Position numbers and translations under genes: made by a program. Below the pieces are notes generated by a model. That model was not told the DNA's origin. It did no database searches and worked only from the letters and a program-made list of their open reading frames with translations. From Hydrolagus colliei (lineage: Eukaryota): a stretch of 64,000 nucleotides of DNA. The stretch covers positions 20,584,001 to 20,648,000 of the forward strand of contig CM068749.1 of the NCBI GenBank assembly GCA_035084275.1, in the 5' to 3' direction. Below are positions 12,020 through 24,360 of this stretch, in pieces (the first letter of the stretch is position 1; each line of letters opens with the position of its first letter).

Positions 12020-12397
12020 AATTTAGTGGTTGGAGCAATCACCTCGCAAGCGAAATTATCTGGATTCAAACCTTAGGCAAATTTCCTTTCTCCATGCACC
12101 ACTGTTTACCCAGCAGGAAGTAGGTACCTTGTTGATTGGTGGATCATTCTTCCGGGAGGAATAATTCTTTTTAAAAATAATCTATTTTTTAAATTAAATA
12201 ATAATTTGGTCGCTCAATTCACAACTGTTTCTGGAACATTGGTATGCAGTCATTGGCTGCTGTTTTCCGCCCACAAAATAATGCAGTCAATTTCCTTTAC
12301 AGTACATTCTGTAAAGCACTTTGAATTGTGTCAAAAGTGTGATAAGGCTCTAGAAAGAAAGGCAACTATTTATTTTATTTCTATTATTAATATTATT
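12020..12397 (+). mobile_element. tRNA-derived SINE, older copy of the longer variant (extra central segment)
   Basis: Degenerate head tagtggttggagcaatcacctcgcaagcg; central ctgtttacccagcaggaagtaggtacc; family body and AT-rich tail. Confidence 0.75.
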
Positions 12398-12506
12398 TTG
12401 CTCTCAAGAGCTTCACTCCATATGAAGAACTTATTTTAAAAATGATACATAAAAGAAAGTAGTCTATGAACCTTTACACTGTTCTACTACAAAACAGGTG
12501 CTGCGG

Positions 12507-12572
12507 AACAGCAACAAAAATAAATTTGTATTGTGCCTTTCACGTTGGGAGGAAGTCCCAAGGCACTGGGCC
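12507..12572 (-). mobile_element. L2-like LINE extreme 3' tail (about 60 bp)
   Basis: aacagcaacaaaaataaatttgtattgtgcctttcacgttgggaggaagtcccaaggcactggg. Confidence 0.7.
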
Positions 12573-15543
12573 AGAAGAGGTCTTGGCAGTAAAGCCTGGC
12601 GAAAACTAAATCCAGAGTGTAATGCAACCCGTAACAAATGAATAAAGCACTTTGGATATACATTAGTGCTGCAATTGAGATTAGGTCTTGGTTTCTGTTA
12701 GGAGGGGGTTCCTTAAGTGCAGCATCTGAAGGACACCACTTAGGGATACTGTAGCTTCTTATAAGTTCAAAAACCTTTTAACTGAGCCAACAACGTATTT
12801 TTAAAAACTCTCTTTCCACCTTAACTGAAAAACTGGTCCTCAACCTAAGAATAAAATGATTAATTGCTATGCTTTGCGTAGTCTGGTTCTGACCTGTAAA
12901 TTTCTGTCCGTTTGAATACCCTGCATTTTTTTTTAAAGTTGTGTATTCTGTGCTGGAGCCTTTCGTCAGCATTCTATTGGTCAGCACCTCTGTCAGTTGA
13001 GACCTACAAGATAACATATTTCACCCATCTGAAGAAATAAAATATTTTAAGTTTTGAGCCTTACCCTGTGTGTATTTGCATATCTCATTCACACTGCTGG
13101 AAGAGTCGTGGAACAAGATCCAAAAAAACAAAGTAAGACTTCTCAAATCCAAGTGGAAGTTTGTCGGAAGTTCATTCTGTTTCCATAGTAATCATGTGGA
13201 TGCACTGTATTTGGGGTTTCTTTTACTCTTAAAGCTGTATTTTCCTTTTGTTGGCCTTCACAGACCAATTCAGTGACCCTGGTTTGTGGACTATAAAACA
13301 ATTTGTCAGAAATACTGAAATTAGAATTTTTGGTAAACCACCAGCCCGCTCAGAATCGACATATTTATAAATTGTACATTTCTAGAGCAAAGGGAACAAA
13401 GCATTAATAGGGTGGGAGCTAAACCCCTGACTACTGATTTTTCTTTAAATCACATTTTGAGTTCCTTCTCCTCAGCAAAGTGAAGGCTGAACCGAAAGTG
13501 GTAATCTTTCAGTTGAGTTGTTTGTATCAAGAATATTATTTTATTTCTGTTTTTCATTATTAGAAGGTTTAATAATAGAGTTGCATAACATATTTTACCC
13601 CCACTTTGCTTGGGAGCTCCAGCATGCTTTTCTGTTAACCATATTGGAAAAAAACATCTGCTTTAGTTTCCTTCTCTTTGCACATTGTTCTCAGTTCCTT
13701 GAAGAAAGCACAAATGAGCTAAAATCATTTTGCCAATCAGCACAAATTATTAGTCCAGATTTCGGTATTTTAAATAGAACCCCAGGCTGTCCCTCCCCCC
13801 CCACACCCCTCTACACTCACACAAATATAAGGGGATTAACTTTTGCAGAACTATGAGCACTTCTAAACTTTTGAAAATGGGATTAGCTCTCCCATTTGAA
13901 AGTGTACATTTGTATCTGTTTCTGAACCTTTTTATACAAAATGTGTTGGTGTACAGACTGTGTGATAAAATTCAGTTTTGTAACACTGTTTAGTCACACA
14001 ATTCCATTGTTTTAAAATCCAGCATTACATTTGTAATGCTTTAGGATATCAATCATGTGTTGGATAAAGAGACAGGGAGCTATGTAGTGCAATAATGCAC
14101 ACACTTGTTAGGAAAACCTGCCACCTGAATTGTGACTGACCAATCTTTCTTCTTTGTAGAAAGACAGACTGCCATCTTCTGCAATTTCTGAGTTCCCAGA
14201 GTTCTTTTTCTATAGCTAGTTAATAAGATATCTCTGTATCTATTGCTATAAGGGTTTCTTAAAATAGTTGTTTTTTGTCAGTGTAAATACAGTAAAATAT
14301 ATTAAAATATTGACTGCTTTTGCCAATGCTAGAAGAATTTTGTCACAGGTTATAAAGTTAACCTGCAATATAACAAACTGCAGCAAACTGGTGCTGATGG
14401 ATTAGAAGCAGGGGTAATCCCCGAGGAACGATGTTGCACCTGACTTGCAAACACATCAGTCGATATTTTCTTTATTATACCCTTGGGCTTTTTAGAATTA
14501 AATTCAGAAGAGACTGGATAGTCTGTTAAACAAGTCAGTGTTAGAATTTCATTAGACATATTATGTGCTGGTGAAGTGGTTCTGTTTAAAGTGAAACATT
14601 TATTCCTTTGCAGAAACTATTAGAATTTTGCTTTTAATTAGACTTGTATCTGTAGAAATTGGTAATCTTGAGTAAAAATTAGAAGTCCAGCAGCCACAGT
14701 ATACAAAATTGTAAGAGAAGGGAGGGTAGCCATACCAGATGCTGAACAGTGTAAGGGTGAAGATGTCCCCAATCAATTCTTCTGTTAAGATTATGCTATT
14801 TCATTTGCTATGAAACTTCAGGCTTGCATATTCATTATACAGCTTTGAATCATTGAAATTGCAGTCTCAGCATGTGCAAAACCAGAGTTCTATTCAGGGT
14901 AAGAAATTGAGTGCTCAACCACATCATTTTACATCACTGTTTGAAATTATTTTCTGGGGTAAGAATTAAAATACTTGTTTCCAGCAAGTTTCAACTGCAA
15001 TATTCTGAAGAACCTGCTTGCTCAGGATAGTCAGGGTTAGAACACAAATCATAGCATGTATTGTGTAAGTATAGGAAATTCTTCAGGAGGTTAAGGATTA
15101 AAGTACAAGTCATTTTATCTATCATAAACTTCAAGCAATGCTGAATCCTGCAGCAAGCTGAAAGCAACTGAAGAATATAAAGTGCCATAAGGTCAGCTTG
15201 TTTTCCTCCACCTTCCCAAAGAAAACATTTATCTTAATAGGGATGCGCCTTTTTTTTCTAAATAGTGTGCTTCGTATTACTTAAATAGGTTTAATAGCAG
15301 TTGTGAAACCAAAGATCTTAGCCCAAGGGTGCAATAAAATATGAATGAAATATTTGCATTTCCATTTCATTCTTTCACTCTTTGGGAGAGGAAATTTTTT
15401 TATACCTGCAGTCTATGAATTCGAGGACTGCCTTGCTTTGCTCTAGCAATTGTCTCACATATTTTGAGTTGTGTCAGCGTTAGGCAACTGGTTGTTGATA
15501 TGAGGTATGCTGTAACCAAGGCTATTGATGTGTTTTTATACAG

Positions 15544-15654
15544 GAGCCCTGCAGATTGAGAACAGTGAGGAGTCTGACCAAGGCAAATATGAATGTGTAG
15601 CAACTAACAGTGCTGGAACCCGTTACTCTGCTCCGGCCAACTTGTACGTAAGAG
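15544..15654 (+). CDS. PTPRF: PTPRF exon, Ig2 C-terminal part ([37 protein letters not shown])
   Basis: tttatacag|GAGCC ... AGAG|gtagga; 111 nt, phase 1-1; contains the Ig D-x-G-x-Y-x-C motif. Confidence 0.96.
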
Positions 15655-18567
15655 GTAGGAAATGGGTCTATTTAACTTGCTTGCTGAGCTTTTGCATGTT
15701 ATAGAAATAGTTGGAACAAATTGTTGTATATTTTAGTTAGCATGTTTTATTTGTTACTTAATCATATTCAGAATTTTTTAAGTTCAGAGAATTGATCAAT
15801 ACATGTCTTTTTTGAAAAGCACAGGTATCCAGATACAATTCAACGTCTGTGAATCAAGATGCTTTCACTATTCTAAACAATCAAATGTAGATGAACATTT
15901 CTGCTTTCGTTTTGTTTTTCTCTGATGAACTTTTTATTTTGTCAAATGAAGAATCGAATGGATACTTTGTTCAGGATGCTAGGTTTATGTTTGTAGTACA
16001 GTATTGGTGGCGGATCTTCCTGTAATTAATGTTGCCATTTTGTCTTTTAAAGTGGGCTCTGCTAATTGAACACTTCTAACAACATCTGTTTTATTTGTTT
16101 TTTGTGCAAACTTATTTAGATGTCACTAACTAAGGATGCATCGTCAGCATATGATCTTTGTCTACCGTAGGTTGTGTTGATAATACAGCACTGTTGGGAG
16201 CCTCAGACACCTGTGTGCAGAAGTGCTTTGGTGCTTTTGAATTGGAAAACTCACAACATCAGCTGTCTATCCACTAATGAATAGTATTTTAGGTAGTAGA
16301 ATAGCCAGGTCAAAATGTCAAGAGCAAGACCAAACTAACAAGGAACTAACTTCTTATTAGTGTGCTGACTGCCATCTGATCTTGGCTAACAGGGCACTGA
16401 TCTTAGTAAGTTAAAAGTATGTGGGATGTTTATATTTAATTGAGTAATTTTCTGTTGGACAGACTACTGACATTGTGGAGAATTGAAAGACTTTTTGAAT
16501 GATATGAGCCAATACTAGGCAATATATACTGCTTAGTTATGTAAGATAGGCGGGCAATGGGGAGGATTTCATAGAACGATTTTGTGAGATTTATGGGCAG
16601 GGAAGTATTGCGTAAAAGCTCCTTCAATACTACTTCTAAGGTAGGGATTATTTTTTAATTTATAATAGATTTAATTTGCTTCTGATTATTTGAATTATTA
16701 CAACCACCACTTTTCCATAAAATAAATTTATTGCAATGGTTATTTTGTTGATTTAAAAAAATCTGTTTTAGCACAATTTGCTAAAAGATTGCTTATTGAC
16801 AACTCCCGAGTTCATGCTAATGCTGCTTTTATATTATATTTGTGTGTTGCTCTTAGAACCCCTGTTGTTATATTTAGAAATCCTGGAATTTCCTTTTTTT
16901 AAACTTTTTGCACCTCAATTTATGAAATCGTAACATAAATATTTGATGACATCATGCGCTGAATTTTCACTGGCTTTAGACCTTTTGGGAAATATTTTCT
17001 AGATCAGTGGGTGGCCAGCAGATCTATCTAGGTGAATATCAGGCTATTTTGTGCTTGTCCCACGCGCATGTGAAGAGCACAATGTCTGAGTTATTGTGTG
17101 ATCACATTACATGTGTCGCTGCATGCTGACAGCGGCTGAAGAACAACCTGGTGATGAAAAGGGAGCAGTCTTGGGCAACTCCAGGTAGGGAGCGACTATT
17201 TTTAAAATTCTGGTCTGCTCACAAAAATAGGAATGCTGTTGCCGGTGAACTCATCGTGTAAAATGCAGTCTAAATCTGCAATGCTAAACAGTATCATTGG
17301 GAACTATTTATCCAATAATTGCTGCAAGAGAGCAAACCCTGGGTACATGGGGCAATTAGATGACGGGTTGACTAATTGCTGTGACAATTGTCAGACTGAT
17401 CCAACACATTTGTCAAGTTGTGCAGCCGCAAGTGTTTTTCAGCTCTCTGGCCTTGTATGTATGAACATACAGACAGTGTTTACATTTGTGATCTTAATTA
17501 AAAACTCTAAGGGGGGTATTTTCAGTTTCCTTTCAGTGGGTCTACAGTAAATATCTGGAATTAACCCCAAAAATATAAACAGGAGGATCTGTGTTGGCCA
17601 TGAGCCTATGGCCATACACAACATGGGATTTACTTCAGCTCCTCAAAAGAATCATTATTTATAATCATTGTTTATCACAATGTTTGTTGTATTCAAAAGG
17701 ATGAAGTTGGAGCTGTGCCAGTACAATAAATCAGAATGATTTCTCTTGTAGTTTACTCTTGGGAATATTGTGAGAAAAATATGCTGTAGGCCATCATGTG
17801 CTCCAGTTACCTTTCTTTCCCAGGTTGTATCCTAATTTGCAAATGTTTTGTCCATACAATCTAATCGCTATTTGAAGAATTTTCAGACTATCGAAGCAGA
17901 AAAGAACAAGCTTGTGTTATGGGCAATTAATGATTTACTCCCAACTGCCAGTTTGGGGGGAACGGGAGAATGATCAGATGACACACAAGCAGATTTTAAT
18001 GATTTTCAGATTATTTGCTGGAATCAGTAGTTTTCTGTATAATCAAAGCAAGTAAGAGTTTATTGGTATGTTGTTTCATGCACCATTTATTTATTTGGAG
18101 GTTCTGACATTGTACTGCTTTATATTTAGTATTATCATAAAGCCAGTAGTGCATAATTTGGAATATATTTCATAGGTAAGTGTTGGATGTAAAATGTGTG
18201 AATAATCTTAACTAAACTACTTGCCTTCTAATAATGTACACTGTTTACTATGCAGGCAATGAATCTATATGCAGATCAATTATTAACCAATTTTATAATT
18301 GTTTTATCTCCTTAGCCATTTCAATAAATAAATTGAAATTGAAAAATGAGTGCCTGCACTGCTATACCACTAAACCATTTGTCCAATTGAAAGACCACAA
18401 ACAAATTTCAATTATAATTTACCTTAACTATTTCCTGCTTTTGGTGTGAGGGGAAAATGAATTTCTATTCTCTTGATCGTTTAAGCAGGCTTCCTAGCGG
18501 TCTATCAGGAGATTAGCATTCATGGTACTGACAAAAACATTCGCAAGTTTCTCTGTTTCACCTTTGT

Positions 18568-18926
18568 GGAGTCCTGTAGTGTAGTGGTTAGTGCGCAAGT
18601 GAGGGGACCCAGGTTGGATTCCTGGGACGGCTAAAACCATAGGCGAGTTTCCTTAATCCACACACTTTTGTTTGCCTCGAGGTAAGTAGGAACCCAGTTG
18701 TTAGTCGATTGGCGGATCGCTTTCTGGCGATAATAATCCTTCCAAATAAAAATGGCAATTTGGTCACTCAATCGACAAATGTGCGGGACGTTATTGTGTG
18801 CAAATTGCTGCTGCGTTTCACTGATAAAAATACAGTCACTACACTTCACTGTATATTCTGTGAAGGGCTTTGAAATATTTCAACAACGTAAAAAGGAGCT
18901 ATATCAAATGCAAGGATTATTATTAT
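18568..18926 (+). mobile_element. tRNA-derived SINE, full-length longer variant
   Basis: GGAGTCCTGTAG head; central ttgtttgcctcgaggtaagtaggaacccagttgttagtcgattggcggatc; tail ctatatcaaatgcaaggattattattat. Confidence 0.88.
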
Positions 18927-19042
18927 ACCTCCCCATTCAATGAACTTCTATTCAGCAGCAGTTTTGTGGAGTAGCAAGGAAAGTAGATAAAAAGACAAAG
19001 TAGGTGTTTAGCACAGCCCTCTGTAAAATGGCTAAGATCTTG

Positions 19043-19089
19043 AATCTTGAACTAACTTTATTTATTTAAATCTTGAACTAACTTTATTT
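19043..19089. repeat. Short direct duplication aatcttgaactaactttattt x2
   Basis: Two 21-bp copies separated by about 5 bp. Confidence 0.8.
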
Positions 19090-20253
19090 GAATTGTGGAA
19101 ATGTCCTACACATTATGATTTAGTTAAGGTGATAAGTCCTAAAAGTATTGTGACACATTACATTGATCTTCATGTTGACAAATGAGTTTTACTGTAAGTT
19201 AATTTAACATCGTCATTTCCTCATAACTATTTCACAGAGCCATGACCTAACCCTTTTTTTTCTCAAATTGTCATGTAGAGGTTTTTTAATTTCAAACATC
19301 TGATAGGAGGACTACAGTAACTTGGCTGAGGAAACATGATATTTCAACTATACGTTCCTGTCACAATTGTGCTTGCCTGCTGTTTACAATGCTTATGTAT
19401 TTTGTGAGAATTTAGAACCAAAATTATTAAGAGACTAACTGGGCCTTTTGTTTTGATTATATTTAGATTTCATGTTATGTCTTTTTTAAGTATGTCAGGC
19501 TTTGTATATGGAAAGGGCTGGGAAGCAGACACATTATAAACTGTCTTCCCAGCAGTAATATGAGAAAGCTGACTGTATAACTTGTTCTGCTGTAATGAAA
19601 TTCCAGTTAGAATTGAATGGAATTAGCTTTTTGCTGCAAACGTTTAGAATACACACGTTTAGAACACACAACATTTATTCAATTGGTTATAATTATAATT
19701 AAAGAAAACTGGGACAAGGCATCTTTTGAAATGTCTAAAGCCAAATGGTGCTCTTTTGGTTTAGGATTGCTATTGTGCTGTAATATTCCACCTGCAACCA
19801 CTGCTCAAATGGTTATCTTTTAAATGTTTACCACGATTGTAAAGATCTCCACAATCTTTAGTGACACTTCTCAGCCCTAGTTTAACGGATTTCTTTTGAT
19901 ATTTTAATCATTTCACAAATGTCATTTTCTGACGAGCGTGAAGTTGTGGTAAAGTCTGAATGTACCCGTGAAGAATCATGTTTTTTTTTGAGGGGTGTGA
20001 CAGAACCCTTGTTTCAACAGGACATTCAGTCTTGTATGTGGAGTCTGGCTTATGTGGGGAGAGGGGTTGTATATGTGCGCATCCAAATGCGTGTGCAGTG
20101 TGAAAGTCATCAAGCTGGTGTCTTGTCTTGTTTTTTCAGTGGTGTGTGGATTGATGAAGCCTGGCCTGTTTTTACTCTCTCTGTGTTTTTCCTTGTCTTT
20201 TTATTCCCTCCTCATCCTCATTGCACTCTACCATCAAACCCTTCATCTCTCAG

Positions 20254-20265
20254 ATCAGCGAGAAG
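20254..20265 (+). CDS. PTPRF: PTPRF microexon meB (12 nt, D-Q-R-E), Ig2-Ig3 linker
   Basis: catctctcag|ATCAGCGAGAAG|gttggt; phase 1-1; DQRE is the LAR-type meB (ELRE in PTPRD/PTPRS). Confidence 0.9.
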
Positions 20266-23200
20266 GTTGGTCTCTTTCACTTCTTATCCACCTACGCCAC
20301 GCCAAATGGACTGTCCAGTAGTGAGACAGAGGAGAGTTGGGGCTTCTGGCTCCCGCCAGGCACGGCCTAGCCCTGCCTGTTGGAATCTAATGACTTTCTG
20401 CTTAAATGTCTTTAAAAACTTTGTGGAAGTGTCAGCGTGCTGCATGTTAATGTTGTTTTCAATCACTGGCTCTGCTGTGCGCCGTGAGGAGAATCTTGCC
20501 TGCTGTCTGCTCTTTTCACATTTGGTAGCTGTGCGGGTATTGCTTTGAAACTGTTATCTCACTCCAGCCTCTGACATTCATAGGCATAAAGGTATTCGTT
20601 TAGATTTCACAGTTGATTAGCACAAGTTCCAGACGCTATTATTTTGAATTTCCCAAATCAATCTTGATTGTGAAATTATGATCCCTATTCAAATACGCAA
20701 TTTGCAACATCTTTCCTGAACAATTGGCAACGTCATTGAGCATGGCAGAAGGAAATCAATCTTCTGAATATATGAGCAGAATTGCAATTCTAGAACCCCA
20801 AGTTGTTGTTGCGAGGGTTGCGATATAAAAGAATTGACCGACTAAATGCTAATATTTCTGAAGCAGTTGAATTTAACTCTGAATAGGTGAACTGGCGTTA
20901 TTATTTATATATAGTCACCATGGGGGAGTAGAGATTAATATAAAATCATTAGTTTTTTTCCTAATTTCAAAATACTTGGGACATTAGGTAATTTATATGA
21001 CTGATTTTAGGGGTGTATTACTCTTTAGTTTGTTATATAAAAAATGGTTCCCCTTTCCACTGCTCTTTTTAATTTCCTAATATTTTGAAGCCCGTAAACT
21101 AATAAATTGCTGAATTTCACAGAATTCAGTAAGAAAATGTCAAGACTCTTGTCTATATCACATACCTACCTGTGATGTTAAATTGTAACATTATCGTAAA
21201 AGATCAAGACTCAATCCTCAAAGTATGTATTGGACAACAAATAACGGGGGACATTGCTGGATGCTGTCTTATTTGTTCCTCTGTTTTTATATAGATATGT
21301 TTATGTATCTGAAGAAATCAATCGGGCAGCTAGAATAAGTTTTTTTTTATATCGAACAGTGTGAAGCCTTATTTCCACTTGCTGTTTGGGTGGAAATGGG
21401 GAACCAGGAAGAACATATGATTGATATTAGGAACAAATTCGGTCATGTAGGGGTTGGCAGATTTCCTATTCCCATATTTCAAAGCTGATGAGGGTTGTGT
21501 TTTATCAAGGAGTTTCATGTAAATAATAGAATCCCAATAGATTCCGATTTTTCTATTTACTCTATTATTCTCAGAAAAAGCATTCATGAGACACTTTTTT
21601 TACAGTAACAATATATCCTTATGAGTGGTTGTCATTACAAATAATTAAACTGAGAACTCAGCCTGAAATATAGTCCACAAATGGTAAGAGCAGTTTTAGT
21701 ATTCATCTGTAGCTGTTAACACTACATGCTATTGAAAAATAAAAGCTGTAGTGTCCTTCAACTCCACCTACAGTCTTTCTGTATTATGTATTTTATTTTC
21801 TAATTTTTTGTTTTGTGGTTAACTTCTAACTCATATTGGCAAAGAGTGCCACTTGAACAGCACCGTACCCTTACATGCTATAAATCGAATCAGTGATGAA
21901 GCTACATGTTCCAAATACTGTACATACCTTTTTCCATCTGGATTTCTGGCAGGATTGCACAGCTGGATACCTAACTGCTGCAGTGAATTTCATAGACATT
22001 GCAAATGGTTAGACACTATATTAAGATCCATTAAATGGTCACTAAGCAAAGTAGAATGGGAGGTAATGAAAACTACTGCTGGCCGGTACTTCTCAATCAC
22101 TGCAGAGGTGAATAAAACAGTTGTGAAACATACCCTTTTCATATCCAAACCTTTTTTTTATTTCTCTGGTTTCCTTTGTGTCCCTCTCTCTATTTTTCTT
22201 CCAGGAATGTAAACCTCCCTACTGTCCATGTGTTTGTCTCTTTTTTTCCCCTCCTCCTACTCCCCCTGCATCTGGTAATATCTGCATAATATCTTCATAA
22301 AAGCAGCACAGTTGAGATGTCAGTTAATATTGTGGTGGATAAAAGTAAAGTGATATCATTGAAGCCACATCTTACATCATATCTGAAGATTATTTTTTAA
22401 CTTCTTGCCAATATGTGATGAGCAGTAATCTTACAAGTGTGGTGGAATATGATCAGATCAATATTCCACTCAGCACTGTAGCTATAAGTTACCAAGTTAA
22501 TGTACATCTCTGGTTTTTCAGTTTGTCTCTGTGACAGCTTTTGCAGATGTGCCTTAAGCATCAAACACTGCTTCAGATTAACTTGCATTTCTGTGATTAT
22601 TTAACCTGCCAACCCAAATATTCCCTGGTAATAGAAGGGCTACTAAACTTGAAGACCTCGCTTGATATCTTGTGTGAAATTGGACAGTGTTGTTGGGTAA
22701 CTTGGAAGTGTTAAGTTGTGAAAACTTACTTATATTTCTTTCACAGTGAATAATTTATTGTGTTTCGACTTTATGGAATGCTGTTTCTTTATATGCTTAT
22801 TGTCTTTCCCCAGAGTTTGATCATTGAGTTGGCAATACTATTCAGTTACATTTCTTTAATTTGAAAGTAGAAGTTAAAGCTTTGCTATTAAATTGGTAGT
22901 GAGGTCAGTAGAGGAAAGGCAAAGATACAATTCAAAGCCATTAACCAATATCAGCTATCAATGTGAATGGGACAGAGGAATCAATAAATGTTCCTTGCTA
23001 ATGCTACTGTGAAAGTGAGTCATAGCATGTTGAATTATAAATAATCTTTCTGTTTTTCCTCCCTTCCTTTCTCCGGTCGTAAAGTTTAGATTAATATCCA
23101 TTGTATTACAGCCGCCTGCATGCTGTTCTTGGAAGAACCTGAATGGGATTTTACCCGCAACATCTTGTCTTGCAATTCATTCTATATACAATCTCTAGTC

Positions 23201-24302
23201 AATGCAAGCATTACCACCTTTGTCATCTTAGAATGTCTTAAGGAATTGAATACTGTCTAGTTTTGCCATTACTACGGTACTGGTACCCGAGGTATTCAAA
23301 GTTACTGAGAATGGAGAGATGGTGCAGGATTCTAGAAATGAAGTGGTTGGCAATGATAAGAACATTTGTGTTTGAGGGAAAAACTAATCTTGTCTGATTT
23401 CAACAATTGATCTGTGGAGTCGGGTGGTACTGTTCCCTTTTGTTTTTTTGTGGGCACTGTTGTTGTCTGGCACATTATCCACACCATTAGTTTCCCTTCT
23501 GTGTAAATTGTAAATCACTTTCAAAGTCTATAGCTGCTGTCGCCCTCTGTGGAAAGTACTGTTATTTTTCTGTTACCGTAGTATTGGCACAACACTGACA
23601 CTTTAATTTCATTTGGGACTGAGATGGATGTTTGGCTAGGTTGGGGAATGTAATGATAAAATCAACCAAATTCTAAAACTTTTAACGTTTTTTAATTTGA
23701 ATAATATGCTGAATTTTTTAAAACTAAAAAGTGCGAGTATTGGATAAGAGTGTTTGAATAATAGCTAGATGTTGCTAATAGTTGAAATGGCTAAACATTC
23801 TTAATTTACATTTAAATGGCAACTAAATCTAAATCAAATCACGATTTCACTTTGCCACCAGATAGTCTTTAACTATTATGAAAAAAAATTGACCACCTCC
23901 TCCAGCCACACATAGTACTCCACAAATTTGTTGTTAACAGCTACGTAAAGCAATGACACTTATGTGCTTCAGGAAGCAATGAGTGTCTTAAACTCGGTTT
24001 GACTATTCATAAAAATCGACATCTGGACTGGTAGCTCTCACTTCTGGAAGCATGCGATCAGCAATGTCCTTCATTTGCAGCTTCTTGATGTATCTAAAAC
24101 TGTAAAATTAGAATTTAAATAATTAATTTTCTAGTTTAATGAAAGACATAAAAGGCAAATCATGCCTTTCCTGAATGAAAGGCAAATTCAGTGTCTCATG
24201 AAAGAGTTACACTTATGCATGCTGTCCTGGTAGCCCTTGGTACTGCACACATTCAATTACTGTATATTCACACACCACTTCTACTCAAGGTCACAAAAGG
24301 TA

Positions 24303-24360
24303 AACAACAAATTGCATTTATATATTCGCACCTTTCACGTCAGGAAGACGTAAAATAGCG
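24303..24360 (-). mobile_element. L2-like LINE 3' tail
   Basis: aacaacaaattgcatttatatattcgcacctttcacgtcaggaagacg. Confidence 0.65.

Noticed and set aside
16955-17216. Possible old palindromic MITE (gctgaattttc ... aaaattctggtc)
   Set aside because: Termini are too short and diverged, with no clear TSD; cannot be supported without a repeat library.
19919-20548. 209-aa ORF over the meB region
   Set aside because: No recognisable domain; the meB peptide is in another frame; composition fits intronic regulatory sequence.
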